Positions 38,986 through 51,722 of a stretch of DNA of 64,000 nucleotides are shown in pieces (the first letter of the stretch is position 1; every line of letters starts with the position of its first letter). The notes below the pieces were generated by a model. The model made no database searches. It saw only the letters and a program-made list of their open reading frames with translations, and was not told the DNA's origin. The DNA lies in the NCBI RefSeq assembly GCF_963921235.1, contig NC_086108.1, forward strand, positions 75,270,001 through 75,334,000, read 5' to 3'. Source of the DNA: Mobula hypostoma (lineage: Eukaryota). Both the position numbers and the translations under genes were made by a program.

Positions 38986-41900
38986 GGAGATCAGAGAATG
39001 CCTGTTGAAATTCCAACTCAACTTTATCCCAAAACAACTCTGGATTTGCTAAACCTGTAAACTATATTGCGTAGCAGTGTACATGCAAGTATTTTGAGCC
39101 TACATGTTGGCTCCATTGTTGGGTTTAAATAAAATTCTGAAAGCTACTTTATTGAAACATTCCACTTCCCCACCCCAACAAAATTAACTCCAATGAAGCA
39201 AAGGTTAAATCAGGTGAACAAGCTGCTCTATAAATTGAAAAAATAAATGCTGATTTTCCTCCATTATCTGCAAGAGGACAAAAGAAACGCTCATTATTCT
39301 TGGACAGCTCTCTGGTTATTTGTCCATAATAGCATGCAGCTTTTTGACAAGTTTACAGGATGCAAGTTCAGCCAAAGCTCATAATTTGTATGAGAAAATG
39401 TTTTCTTTCTGCATTCCAAAATGCATAACCCTTTCAATACAGTAGATTAGGACAGACAACATGTTATTTATGCTGATTGTATAAGGTAAGAAATACATAT
39501 TCACAGGAAGTTTCCACTAACTTGTAAGGTTCTAATTTAACTACAATTGGATATTGCTTCAATTTAAGTAAACTGAAGAAAATGTTTTCAACCATTCAAA
39601 AAAAAGCTTCTGAGACAAACTATCACACTGGGAGATGTTAATTCATATTGAAAATATTAATGTATTTTTCTGCAATAAAAAAGAATTAACTTAAAACCAT
39701 AATAGGTAAGACCATTCTGTCCCACAAGCCTTCTCCACCAATAAAACCTGACAGATATGTAAAATGGTGCAACAAAGTATAATGTGAAGAAAGGCTTGTA
39801 TTTGTAGAGTGATGCTCAGAATATTTCCAAAGAACTTTCATCCAATTACATGCTTTGTGAGGTAGGATGACTCGTTAACGTGGATATTTTTCCCACAAGC
39901 TTCCACAAACAACAATGTGATTATGATCTGTTACTTGGCTCTTTATGAAAGCATATTGAAAGACAAATATCTTCCAGAACTCCAGCAATAACTCCTTTTC
40001 ATAGCACCACAGGATCTTCCACATTCATCGAAGGAGGATAAACAGCTTTGGTTTAACATCACACCAATAAGATGCTATCTCTTGCAGCATTTCCCCAGCA
40101 CAACATGTGAATGTCATGATAGATATGTTTATACCTCTGGGGTGGGTCTTGAACATGACCACACCACAGCCACCATTGCCGTAGTCTCCACCACACTTCC
40201 CTGAATCTCCAGGTAAGGCAGCAACAGACAGAAGAGCCATAAAAGAATCACTCCCATATAGTTTGCAAGACAGAATAGATCATTTGATGCAGTATATTTG
40301 TATCCAATGCTTGCTAAAGTAAACCAAAAACTCATCCAAATTTACCACTCTTTCTGCCTCATATAATTATGCTTTTTTTTTGATTTATCCAAAGGTACAA
40401 TAGTCTCTCTCTGAACTGCTAATGGCAAAGCTCCAGCAATCCTCTGTGAAAAGCAATTTCCCAAGAGTATCATCTATCATCTCTGGCATCCCTCATTCTG
40501 ACTAAATATAGGAATTGAAGGACTTAGTTAAAGGGAAGTGCCACTTATTATTGATAGACTGTCAAAGCACACAATTAGGAGGAAAAAAAATCTATTTTTA
40601 TTGTTTTTCCACTTCAAAAGTGCAAAAGATCAAAACACAGGTCTGCCCTCTGACAATTATGACTGACAAGCATAGCAAAAGGGATGTTCTATGTATTCAT
40701 GCAGAGCCTTCTGGGTGTAAACAGAAATGGACAGCTCCAATTTTTCTTTTCTCAAATACAAAGCATGGTTAAACCCATATCCCTGCCAGATCCTTGAGGT
40801 CCGGGGACTAAAAAGTGGAGTTCAGCTTAAGAATTTATTTAGATTGCTATTACCCTAAGCTATGACTGAACATATGTGAGTAGATTGTTTGAATTATGTG
40901 TAACATGCTGAGTTAAGTCAATGATGTACCTGCTTACATGATAAAGTTAAACCATATGTGGAGTCATGTAAACAGGTCCAAATTGCATTTTGTTTTCAGC
41001 TGTATTATATGTCACGACTTGTTGGCAATGAAATAGGAAAACAGTTACCCACTTGTGCTATCTGAAACCAGATGCATCAAACTCAATCCCTATGAGACAA
41101 GCTAGAATGTGCAGTGTTAAATGATGCAGAACACTGCATATCTGTCGCTGGTTAACTGCATCAGTTCTGTTTTATAAAAATAAGTGAATAACTTATGCTT
41201 GCATTTTAAAGAAACCGTGTTGATTGTGCAGCTGGACCCTGCATTTCAGCCAACCTCAACAAAAAATGTTCTGTGGTAAACGTTGAACAATACTGAGACA
41301 TGACTTAGCTATGTTATGTTTTGCAACTCCAGAAATTAATTGGAAGTAAAACGCAGGAGCCTGGGGTACTCGTATACTTACTTTGTTTTACTGTAGTGAA
41401 ACATGCATATATGACGTGATAGCGTAATGACTTATGCCATTCACGTACTTTTACATGAACTCGTCATGAATGATGTAGACAATAAAGAATACTTAATCAA
41501 ACAATATATTTACAACATTACTCAAATATTACTGAAATATTAAATACACAACATATATATGTATATATATGACAATGTCTTTGCTGACAAGGAGTGTCAC
41601 TGGGCTTGAAAGATGAGCATTGTGGCGATGAAACAATCTCAGGTTCTGGAGTCTCCTCTGTGGTGGTTGCAGGAGTTGACTTTGGAACTGCAGGAAGTGG
41701 TTCTGACAACCTTGGCCTCCTTTCTTCTCTAACAATTGACTCTGCTCTCCTCAACAAATGGATGCACCATCTCCAGATGACATCAGACACAATCTCCACT
41801 GGGTGAGACAGTGGTCCAGTTCTATCATTAATCTTTCCAAGTACCTACTTTCGATCACCTCTCTAGTCCCCGGCCAGGACTGCTTGTCCCGGAGTGAAAC

Positions 41901-42498
41901 ATCAAACTTCCTTGTTTGAGGAAACCCTCAAATTGTCTCAGTTGTTTGTCCTGCACACTCCTTCTGACTTTTGGTTTGAGGAGATCCAAGTATGAGCACA
42001 AAGGACAACCCAGAAACAGCATAACTTATAAGTTGTTGATTGCAGAGTGTGCTGCATTGCAATATGCAAGGAGGAAATTGGCAAGTGCTAGTGTAGTGTA
42101 TTCTGCTGATATTGCTCGCAGTATGTTATTCATAGAGTTATAGAAAAGTACAGCACAGAAATGGGCCCTTTGGCCCATCTAATCCATGCCAAATCATTTA
42201 AACTGCCTACTCCCACCGACCTGCACTGGCACCATAGCTCTCCATACACTACCATCCATGTGCCTATCCAAACGTGCCTTAAATAATGAAATCGATTTCG
42301 CACCACTTACGCTGGCAACTCATTCCACACTCTCATGACCCTCGGAGTGAAGAAGATTCCCTTTATGTTCCTCAAACTTTTCACCTTTCGCCCTTAATCC
42401 ACGACCTCTATCTGCAGTCCCACCCAGACTCAGTGGAAAAAGCCTGCTTGCATTTACCATATCTATACCTCTCATAATTTTGTTTACCTCTATCAAAT

Positions 42499-42723
42499 AA
42501 AAGTTGCTGGTGAACGCAGCAGGCCAGGCAGCATCTCTAGGAAGAGGTGCAGTCGACGTTTCAGGCCGAGACCCTTCCTGACGAAGGGTCTCGGCCTGAA
42601 ACGTCGACTGCGCCTCTTCCTATAGATGCTGCCTGGCCTGCTGCGTTCACCAGCAACTTTGATGTATGTTGCTTGTAACTTTTATGTGTGTTGCTTGAAT
42701 TTCCAGCATCTGCAGTATTCCTG
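42499..42723 (+). mobile_element. Young palindromic PLE-pLTR mini-element with 19-bp TSD
   Basis: 78-bp arms 42500-42577 and 42583-42660 with 2 mismatches; TSD ttgtttacctctatcaaat at 42480-42498 and 42724-42742. Confidence 0.92.
42578..42610 (+). ncRNA. Hammerhead ribozyme catalytic core (5' strand of stem I lost at the inversion junction)
   Basis: ctgacga-agggtctcggcct-gaaac-gtc-gactg. Confidence 0.75.
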
Positions 42724-43494
42724 TTGTTTACCTCTATCAAATCTCCTTTCATTCTTTGATGTTCCAGGGACTAAAATCCTAACCTATTCAATCTTTCCAT
42801 ATAACTCTGGTTCTCCAGACCCAGCAACAGCTTTGTAGATTTTCCCTGCACTCTTTCAACATTATTTTCATCTTTCCTGCGGGTAGGTGACCAAAACTGC
42901 AAACAATATTCCAAACTAGGCCTCACCAATGTCTAATACAACTGCAACATAACATCCCATCTCCTGTACTTAATACTCTGATTTATGAAGGCCAATGTGC
43001 CAAAAGCTTTCTTTATGACCCTATCTGCCTGTGACGCCACATTCAATGAATTATGGACCTGTATTCCCAGATCCCTTTGTTCTACCCCACTCCTACTCAC
43101 AGGCCGTTCACTGTGTAAGACCTACCTTTGTCGAAGAGCAACACCTCGCACTTGTCTGCATTAAATTCCATCTACCATTCTTCAGCCCATTTTTCCAGAT
43201 GATGCAGGTCCTTCTGCAAGCCACGATAGCCTCCTTTCTGTCTACTACACCCCAGTCTTGGTGTCATCTGCAAATTTGCTGATCCAGTTCACCACATTAT
43301 CATCCAGATCACTGATATAGCATTTTGTAGGTAGCCATTTAGGGATGATGGGGTTGATGTAGATGCACTAAAGTAATTGGGGGGGGGGAATTCCGAGGCA
43401 GGGTATTTCTGTTGCCCTATCTGAGTAGATCCTCCTTAAGGGTGGCCTTTCCTGGTACAAATTTACTTTTGCCTAGGAGGACCAAAAGGAGGGA

Positions 43495-43770
43495 CTGTTA
43501 GGGGCTTTTGGGGGTTAGGAATATAGCAAATAACTTCAACAACTAACTTCAACCACCAATCTTCAGATCTGAATATGAACTGTAGACTAAATTTAAAATG
43601 AGGCTCTGAATAATGCATCCCTAAGAGCTGTGAACCACAGCTAATTGGATGGCCAAACAATGTTGATTTAAATTTAATCTACAGTCTATGTTTAGATCTG
43701 AAAATTGGTGGCTGTAGTTAGTTGTTGAAGTTATTTGCTATATGTCTTAACTCCAAAAATACTCTAACAG
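43495..43770. repeat. Imperfect ~100-bp inverted repeat with ~70-bp spacer
   Basis: atatagcaaataacttcaacaactaac...cagatct..ctgtaga.taaatttaaa mirrored at 43667-43770. Confidence 0.85.
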
Positions 43771-46244
43771 CTTCTAATAACTTTCCCACAACTGACGTCA
43801 GGTTCACCATCCTATAATTTCCTGGTTTATTTTTAGAGCCTTTCCTAATCAGTTGAACAACACTAGTTATCCTCCAATCTGCTGGCACCTCACCTGTCAC
43901 TAAGGATGATTTAAATACCTCTGCTAGGGCCCCAGTAATTTCTTCACTTGCCTCCTGCAGGGCCCAATATGCTTGTTGCTTGTTGTATTTCACTGTTAAG
44001 AATATTATTCCCACAGGAGTTATCTTTTCTCCATTATAATTTCTTATGTTTAGACTTCATTTCAGTATGTTTAAAATGTAGTTCAAACTCATTTTCTGTA
44101 ATGACTGAAACAGCTGAGCCAGTGTCCAATTCTATTTTAATTAATTTGCTATTCACTTCTGGTGTAAGCCATATTGCTTGTCCCCTGTTAGTTTTCACAT
44201 TGTAAATCTTAATGCTACTCATTCCTGTGTCACCCTCATCATTATCAGATTTTTCATTAACAGCATGTAGACGAGTGCTCCTTTTGAAACAGCAACTTGA
44301 TTTTTTATACCCTTTTCTCTTCCCTGTTCCATTTATTTACTTTGTCTGCCCGATATGCACTTTGTATGTGACCTATTTTTGTGCATTTTCTGCAAGTTTT
44401 GCCTTTAAGACTGCATAATTCTGGTGTATGTGTGCTCCTGAAGTAATACAATTTGTTCTGCTGGGCAGGTTTCTGTTTAGATGTTGCAATTTTGACAACA
44501 CTCACTTTCATTCCTGACTGCAATTCTCTGGCTACTATTTCCATTGATAGAGCGATTTCAATTGCTCTTTCAAATGCAAGTTTTGCTTCAGCTAGGAGCC
44601 ATTATTGAATGCTTTCTTGTAAGATTCCACAAACTAAACAATCACTTAGTGCATCATTAAGTCCATCACTGACATCACAATGCTCAGACGATTTCTTCAG
44701 TTCAACCATGTAAGCCAAAATGGACCCCGTTTCTTTTGATTCCTCTTATGAAATCTAAAGTGTCCTGCAACTAATAATGGTTTCAGTTCTAAATGTTCCT
44801 TCATTACATTCACAATATCAGCAAAGCTCATTTTGGCTGGTTTGGTTGGAGCAATCAAACTTCTAAGCAATCTCTATGCACTTCCACCTTTTGAACTCAG
44901 TAAAACTGGCACTCATTTCTCAGTGGCTATTCCACTTGCTTTAAAATACTGCTCAATCTGTTCAGTACTGTATACAATATCCATTTATCTGTTATGCAAT
45001 TAAACTCTTCTATCTCTCTGACATTGCCAGCCATTTCTGCTTTGTTTACTATTACTATCTATTTCTCATTGTTTATGAACAAATGAATTTCATGTTTTCT
45101 GCCTTTTTTTTAACTCAGACACCTCACTGCTCTTCAGCAGGCAGGTGTTCATTTTGGATTTGTTTTAAAACTTTCTCAACACTGTTTGTTAAGTTTTTTA
45201 ACTCCAGAAATTAATCAAAAGAAAAACACAGAATGCTTATGTAGTTACTTTGTTTTATTGTAGTGAAACATGCACATATGATGTGGTGGCATCATGACCT
45301 GTGCATTCATGTACTTTTATATATAACCTGTAATGAATTATGTAAACATAAACAAATGCTTGATCAAACAACATATTTCCAATATTATTCAAATATTACT
45401 GAAATATTAAAACACAACAAGCTATACTTTGAAAGATTACTTCATTTTATTATTTGCCCTTGCCTATAGTCGACAAGACAGATGCTAAAGTGGAAACTTG
45501 TAACTAAATCTCAGTTGGGTATTTGAACACTAACAGGTTGTTCTTATACTATTCATTTGGTCATTTGGTTGTGGGCACACAGGAAAAAAATTGCTGTGAT
45601 TTCAATAATTTCTTGTTATTATAATCAATTTTAAAAGCATTTAAGTTTCAACTGAAGCAATTCAAAAATGTAGGTGTTTATTTGGACTTTTAAGATCTGC
45701 AGTGATCTGAGTACGTTCCTTCAAAGCAACTCTCTTGTCTGGTGAAGGAATCAGCATCCTTGTACAAACCTGAATGCCTTGCACAGAATTTTCTGTTTGG
45801 CAGAGGATGATCATGCAGAGATTCCTTATATTCATAGTCTCTGTATTCCCTGTTAGATGAGAAGTTGCAGCATGGAGTAATTGATGACACATGGATAAAT
45901 GAGGTACTGTAAAACATAATATTAACCAGCAGGAGGGATGTCTGCAATGGATATCTAACTAGCTAAATAGCTAGAATCCAGAAGAAAATAGATTTTAAAC
46001 AGAAGGCAACAGAGTTAACTATTTGGGGGAAAGTGGCTTAATCTCTGCCCAGTCTCTCAGACATCAATGGAGGTCTGAGCTGTGTGACATTGGTGTTGCC
46101 TTAGTACTGCAGGGACCCACCATTAGGGAATTGTCCCTGATCTTTTAATGTCCTATAGATTCATAAACGGAGTCTACAGCAGGTGCACCACTGCATTCAT
46201 TTCTGCAAGCACAACCAACGTTGGCAGTGTTCTTTCTCATACAT

Positions 46245-46410
46245 AGTTAGATATGGCCCTTGTGGCTACGGGGATCAGGGGGTATGGAGGGAAGGCTGGT
46301 GCAGGATTCTGAGTTGGATGATCAGCCATGATCATAATAAATGGCGGTGCAGGCTCAAAGGGCCGAATGGCCTACTCCTGCATCTATTTTCTATGTTTCT
46401 ATGTTTCTAT
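46245..46410 (+). mobile_element. Short 3' end of the young CR1 subfamily
   Basis: Nearly identical to the reverse complement of 59684-59850; (ttctatgt)n tail. Confidence 0.92.
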
Positions 46411-47314
46411 ACCACAGGCGTCCCATGTCCCAAAACTGGCAGGATCCATCAGGGTGGCCAAGCATTCACCCTGTGATTAAGTATATCCCAAGTGTTAAAA
46501 TAGATTACTTCTGGAGCAGAGGGCATTTCTAACTTCCACCATTTCTATCACTGACACAGGGTGTAGAACACTATGTTTCTTCTATACCTTGTGCTGAACA
46601 TGTAGCATCATAAGTAGTACTCCAAATACACCACTTGGCCATTCCTTTCATTCTTTTTCAGTTCTCCATTCCTTTTAAGGACTATGTAGAACTTTTAGAT
46701 GGAAATGTAATATTAATTAGCATTGTATTATGTGCTGATTGGTATGGTTAATGTGTGAGTCTTAAAAACTGAATGAAAATGACAAGAAATCATTGTATTT
46801 CGAGCATTTACATTAGCCATTAAGAAAGTTCTTATCTGGATTCAATCCAAGATCCCAAGGGAATGAGCATTGTCTGTCTCACCCACCTGTCAAAATCCCA
46901 GCAACTTCCTTGGAAGAATTCATCTTTAAATTACAGATGAGGACTGAGATATTCAGTGTAATTTTTTACATTATAGCTCACTTCTACAGTAGTCTTGTCC
47001 TTCAGTTGTGGGCAATATTTTTCCTAATAAATACACATCTTTAGGAGTTGATTAGGGTTGTAAAACACTTCAATTTTGGTTAAAATCTTACTTTACTTGT
47101 CTTCTACCATGTTTCACTATTGCATAATTTTAACTCCCTCTACCCAACAGCAATTATACAACTCGGTTAATCATAGATTCAAAAATTTGGTTTGCATTTG
47201 GAAGAGTAATTAAAATGAGCAAGCCCATCAATGTGCCTTGTAGACAACATATTAGGCTCCAGGCTCTGAGGTGTATGTGCATTGCCCCTTCCACAAACGC
47301 AGGTTGTTTTTGTT

Positions 47315-47868
47315 TATACAGTCAGTGGCCACTTTATTGGGTATATCTATACACCCGCTCGTTAATGCAAATATCTAATCAGCCAATCATGTGGCAGCAA
47401 TTCAATGCATCAAAGCATACAGACATGGTTGAGGGGTTCAGTTGTTGTTCAGTTAAAACCTCAAAATGGAGAGGAAATGTGATCTACGCAGCACTGACCG
47501 TAGAATGATTGCTGGTGCCAGAGTGATCTGAGAATCTCAGAAACTGCTCATCTCCTGGGATTTTCACACAGTCTAGCATTTACAGAGAATGGTGCAAAAA
47601 AACAAAGACATCCAGGGAGTGTCAGTTCTGTGGGTGAAAATACCTTGTTACTGAGAGAGTTCAGAGAATGGCCAGACTGGTTCAAGCTAACAGGAAGGCA
47701 ACATTAACTCAAATAACTATTTCTTGCAACAATGGTGTACAGAAGAGCCTCTCTGAATGCACAACACATCAAACCTTGAAGTGGACAGGCTACAGCATCA
47801 TAAGACATACACTCAGTAGCCACTTTATTAGGTATAGGAGGTACCTAATAAAGTGGTCACTGAGTGTA
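47315..47868 (+). mobile_element. Non-autonomous Tc1-derived element (same family as 16380)
   Basis: cagtggccactttatt / aataaagtggtcactgagtgta TIRs plus an internal TIR copy; MARLVQANRKATLTQIT..NGVQKSLSECTT. Confidence 0.82.
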
Positions 47869-48397
47869 CAGTATAGTATTTGCCAGAATTGCTTTTGAGC
47901 AGGATTTAAACTTCATATGTATATTCTTCCTGAAACTCTTGAAACTCTATTAAAGCAAAGGAATTATTCACAGGGGTCATTAAAAGTCAAGTGTACTGTA
48001 AGGTCTGTCACTTTGAGTTAGATATTCCTCTTAATGAAGCATTCCTTGTTATATTCTGTAAGAGTCTCAGTTAGTCATGTTAGAAAATGACTTTGAGTTA
48101 TTTACAAGCTTGCAATAGTTCCATCCTTCAAGCCTGTGACACATTTTTATCTTTGATCTTAAAGTTTGATGCTTATAATTGTTCTATTAAATTCGACAGT
48201 GATAGATGGGTCTGAATTTCTTAAATTCTTCCTTTCACTTGCTTATAAAGTTGCTGAGTTCAACATTTAATATGACAGAAAATTGTGCTTCTAGTATTCC
48301 AAAAGCTTAAATTAACATACATTAGTGTCCACACAAAACAAACTACTGTGCTTTCCGCATAAAATAGCAACACAAGTTTCCAATTCTAAGTATATAA

Positions 48398-49909
48398 CGA
48401 GGGGTGATTGATAAGTTTGTGGCCTAAGGTAGAAACAGTCAATTTTAGAAAACCTAACACATTTATCTTTCAACATAGTCTCCTCCTACATTTACACACT
48501 TAGTCCAGCGGTCGTGGAGCATACGGAACTTGGACCTCCAGAAGTGTCCACAGCAGAGGTGATTGATAAGTTCATGGCCTAGGGTAGAAGGAGATGACAC
48601 GAAGCTGGATGGCAGTGTTAGCTGTGAGGAGGATGCTAAGAGGATGCAGGGTGACTTGGATAGGTTGGGTGAGTGGGCAAATTCATGGCAGATGCAATTT
48701 AATGTGGATAAATGTGAAGTTATCCACTTTGGTGGCAAAAATAGGAAAACAAATTATTATCTGAATGGTGGCGGATTAGGAAAAGGGGAGGTGCAACGAG
48801 ACCTGGGTGTCATTATACACCAGTCATTGAAAGTGGGCATGCAGGTACAGCAGGCGGTGAAAAAGGCGAATGGTATGCTGGCATTTATAGCGAGAGGATT
48901 CGAGGACAGGAGCAGGGAGGTACTACTGCAGTTGTACAAGGCCTTGGTGAGACCACACCTGGAGTATTGTGTGCAGTTTTGGTCCCCTAATCTGAGGAAA
49001 GACATCCTTGCCATAGAGGGAGTACAAAGAAGGTTCACCAGATTGATTCCTGGGATGGCAGGACTTTCATATGAAGAAAGACTGGATGAACTGGGCTTGT
49101 ACTCGTTGGAATTTAGAAGATTGAGGGGGGATCTGATTGAAACGTATAAAATCCTAAAGGGATTGGACAGGCTAGATGCAGGAAGATTGTTCCCGATGTT
49201 GGGGAAGTCCAGAACGAGGGGTCACAGTTTGAGGATAAAGGGGAAGCCTTTTAGGACCGAGATGAGGAAAAACTTCTTCACACAGAGAGTGGTGAATCTG
49301 TGGAATTCTCTGCCACAGGAAACAGTTGAGGCCAGTTCATTGGCTATATTTAAGAGGGAGTTAGATATGGCCCTTGTGGCTACGGGGATCGGGGGTATGG
49401 AGGGAAGGCTAGTGCAGGGTTCTGAGTTGGATATTTCAGCCATGATCATAATAAATGGCGGTGCAGGCTCGAAGGGCCGAATGGCCTACTCCTGCACCTA
49501 TTTTCTATGTTTCTATATAGCTCTCATTATGTGCACATGCAGTTCAGCTCTTCGGGTGATTATACAGAAAGTTTGAAGTTAATAACTCATCGGGGTGATT
49601 GATAAGTTCACGGCCTAGGGTAGAAGGAGATGAGTTATCAACTTCAAAATATCTGCATTATCACTGAAAGCGTTGAACTGCATGTTCATGTAATGAGAGC
49701 TGTATAATTCATCTCCTTCTACCCTAGGCCATGAACTTCTCAATCACCCCTGCTGTGGGCACTTTCTGGAGGTCCGAGATCCGTATGCTCCACGACCGCT
49801 GGACTAAGCGTGTAAATGTAGGAGGGGACTATGTTGAAAAATAAATGTGCTAGGTTTTCTAAAATTGACTTCTTCTACCTTAGGCCATGAACTTATCAAT
49901 CACCCCTGG
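48398..49909. mobile_element. Foldback mariner-like MITE (~590 bp without the CR1 insert)
   Basis: Termini cgaggggtgattgataagtt / aacttatcaatcacccctgg-ta; long inverted arms; terminal motif repeated 5 times. Confidence 0.85.
48593..49516 (+). mobile_element. Young 5'-truncated CR1 (RT C-terminal part) inserted in the MITE
   Basis: DDTKLDGSV..WQMQFNVDKC..LVRPHLEYCVQFWSP..RTRGHSL..; (ttctatgt) tail. Confidence 0.96.
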
Positions 49910-50437
49910 TATATCAACAGCCACACAATGTCTGAGAAATATTTGTTCTCCTAGATCTAGTTATTGCTCTTTATTTTGGAATGACTGAGCTGTGATGATC
50001 ATATTCTGTGCCAGGGGTTGGGATGGGTCTTCTGTTGGCTCATTGGTGGCTTCAGTCTCCTTTCTACAATCTTCATCAGAAGATGTCTCCTCAGTGCTCA
50101 TTTCAAAGGATTTAGATTCCTGCTCACGTTATGGTTGAATTCTCATGTTATCACTGGATTTAGGTGGTGACATCTCCTTAGCTGTTCTATTCTTGAAGGA
50201 ATCTTACTTTTCCTTCTCTCTCTCATCTGTCAATTTATTTCCATCAAAAATTTGGTTCAAAGGTACTTCAATCTCTGGATTGCACTAGCAATGAACCATA
50301 ATTTTATTTTATTTCTACATGTCAAGTGGTGGAGGTCCACCTAACCAATGTTTCTTCTGATTTTTTTCAAAAGCAATTTGGCTAAGTTCATAACATTCTC
50401 TTCCTTTTCAATGGAATGTGGAGAGTTTAATTATGAT

Positions 50438-51197
50438 CAACACACACAAAACGCTGGAGGAACTCAGCAGGCTAAGCAGCACCTATGGAAAAGGGTACAG
50501 TTGACGTTTCGGGCAAATACACCTTATCAGGACCGGAGATAAGGTGAAAGAGGAAAAATAGGAATGGGGTATGGTGAAGGACGAAGGTGGGAGGGGGGCA
50601 TTACCGGAATTTCGAGAAATTGATGTTCATGTTATCGGGTTATCCAGATGGAATATAAGGTGTTGCTCCTCCAACCTGAGTGTGGTCTCATTGCGACAGT
50701 AGAGGAGGCCATGGACTGACATTTCAGAATGGGATTTGGAAGTGGAATTCAAATGGGTGCCTACTGGGAGATTCCGTTTTTTCTCGCAGACTTAGTGCTC
50801 GACAAAGCAGTCTCCCAATCTAGGTCGGATCTCACTGATATGCAGGAGACCACAAGGGGAGCACCAGATACAATAGATGACCCCAACAGACTCACAGGTG
50901 AAGTGTCGCCTCACTTGGAAGGACTGTTTGGGGCCCTGAATGGCAGTGAGAGAGGAGGTGTAGAGGCAGGTGTAGCACCTGCTCCACTTGCAAGGATAAG
51001 AGCCAGGAGGGAGATCAGTGTGCAGGAATGAATGGACAAGGGAGTCACGCAGAGAACGATCCTTGCGGCAAGCTGAAAATGGGGGAGGGGAGGGGAGAGA
51101 AAGATGTACTTAGTGGTGGGATGCCTGCCTGCCGAATTCCTCCAGCATTTTGTGTGTATTGCTTGAATTTCCAGCATCTACAGATTTTCTCTTGTTT
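50438..51197 (-). mobile_element. 5'-truncated PLE with 3' pLTR and inverted pLTR at the other end
   Basis: pLTR 50438-50535 (-), GIY-YIG region, inverted pLTR 51121-51197 (+). Confidence 0.85.
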
Positions 51198-51589
51198 GTA
51201 AGTTCAGTTATGATGTTGCATGAAAAAATTCTCATATTGTCACAAACTTTGCAAATTCATCTGTAATGAATTATGGTTGTTGTCTTTTACAGTTTTGCCT
51301 GGAATACTACAGTATATCTAGCAAATCGAATATTCAGCTTGTTAATGACAGCTGAAGGCATGGATGAATTAAAACATTCTATTTCCAGGATGTAGGAAAA
51401 ATAAGTAGCTGCTGCCAGGTAATTTTGGGCCAAGATCTTCATGACCTTCACCCAAGGTCTATCTGGTACCTCATATTCAAGCATAGGCCCATTTTTGTTG
51501 TCCTGCATCCATAGATCTGCACATATTACATTTTCATGCCAGATGCCACACATCTGTGTTCATTCCTTGCAACTGAAAATGGTCTTCCT

Positions 51590-51722
51590 TCCTGATGAAG
51601 GGTCTCAGTCCGAAATGTCAATTGTTTACTCTCCTCCATAGATGCTACCTGACCTGCTGAGTTCCTCCAGCATTTTGTGTGTGCTGCTTGAATTTCCAGC
51701 ATCTGCAGATTTTCTCGTGTTT
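51590..51722 (+). repeat. Solo PLE pLTR with hammerhead core at 51592-51624
   Basis: ctgatga-agggtctcagtcc-gaaat-gtc-aattg. Confidence 0.8.

Larger units (their letters stand above)
42130..43960 (-). mobile_element. CR1 fragment(s) nested in the Gypsy element
   Basis: 3' tail catagagttatagaaaagtacagcacag; EEITGALAEVFKSSLVTGEVPADWRIT..KPGNYRMVNLTSVVGKLLE. Confidence 0.85.
41312..45419 (-). mobile_element. Gypsy LTR retrotransposon with both LTRs (41312-41553, 45187-45419); RT/RNaseH not seen; nested insertions
   Basis: TG...CA LTRs, TSD agcta; gag zinc knuckle CRKCTKIGHIQSA; protease IELDTGSAVSVI; integrase-tail remnant 41570-42120. Confidence 0.92.

Noticed and set aside
48563..49576. 337-aa ORF as a gene
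   Set aside because: Chimera of MITE sequence and a truncated CR1; read-through comes from a 1-bp deletion near 49390 relative to the sister copies
48401..49907. CRISPR-like repeat array
   Set aside because: Repeats occur in both orientations within a MITE; eukaryotic context; no cas genes
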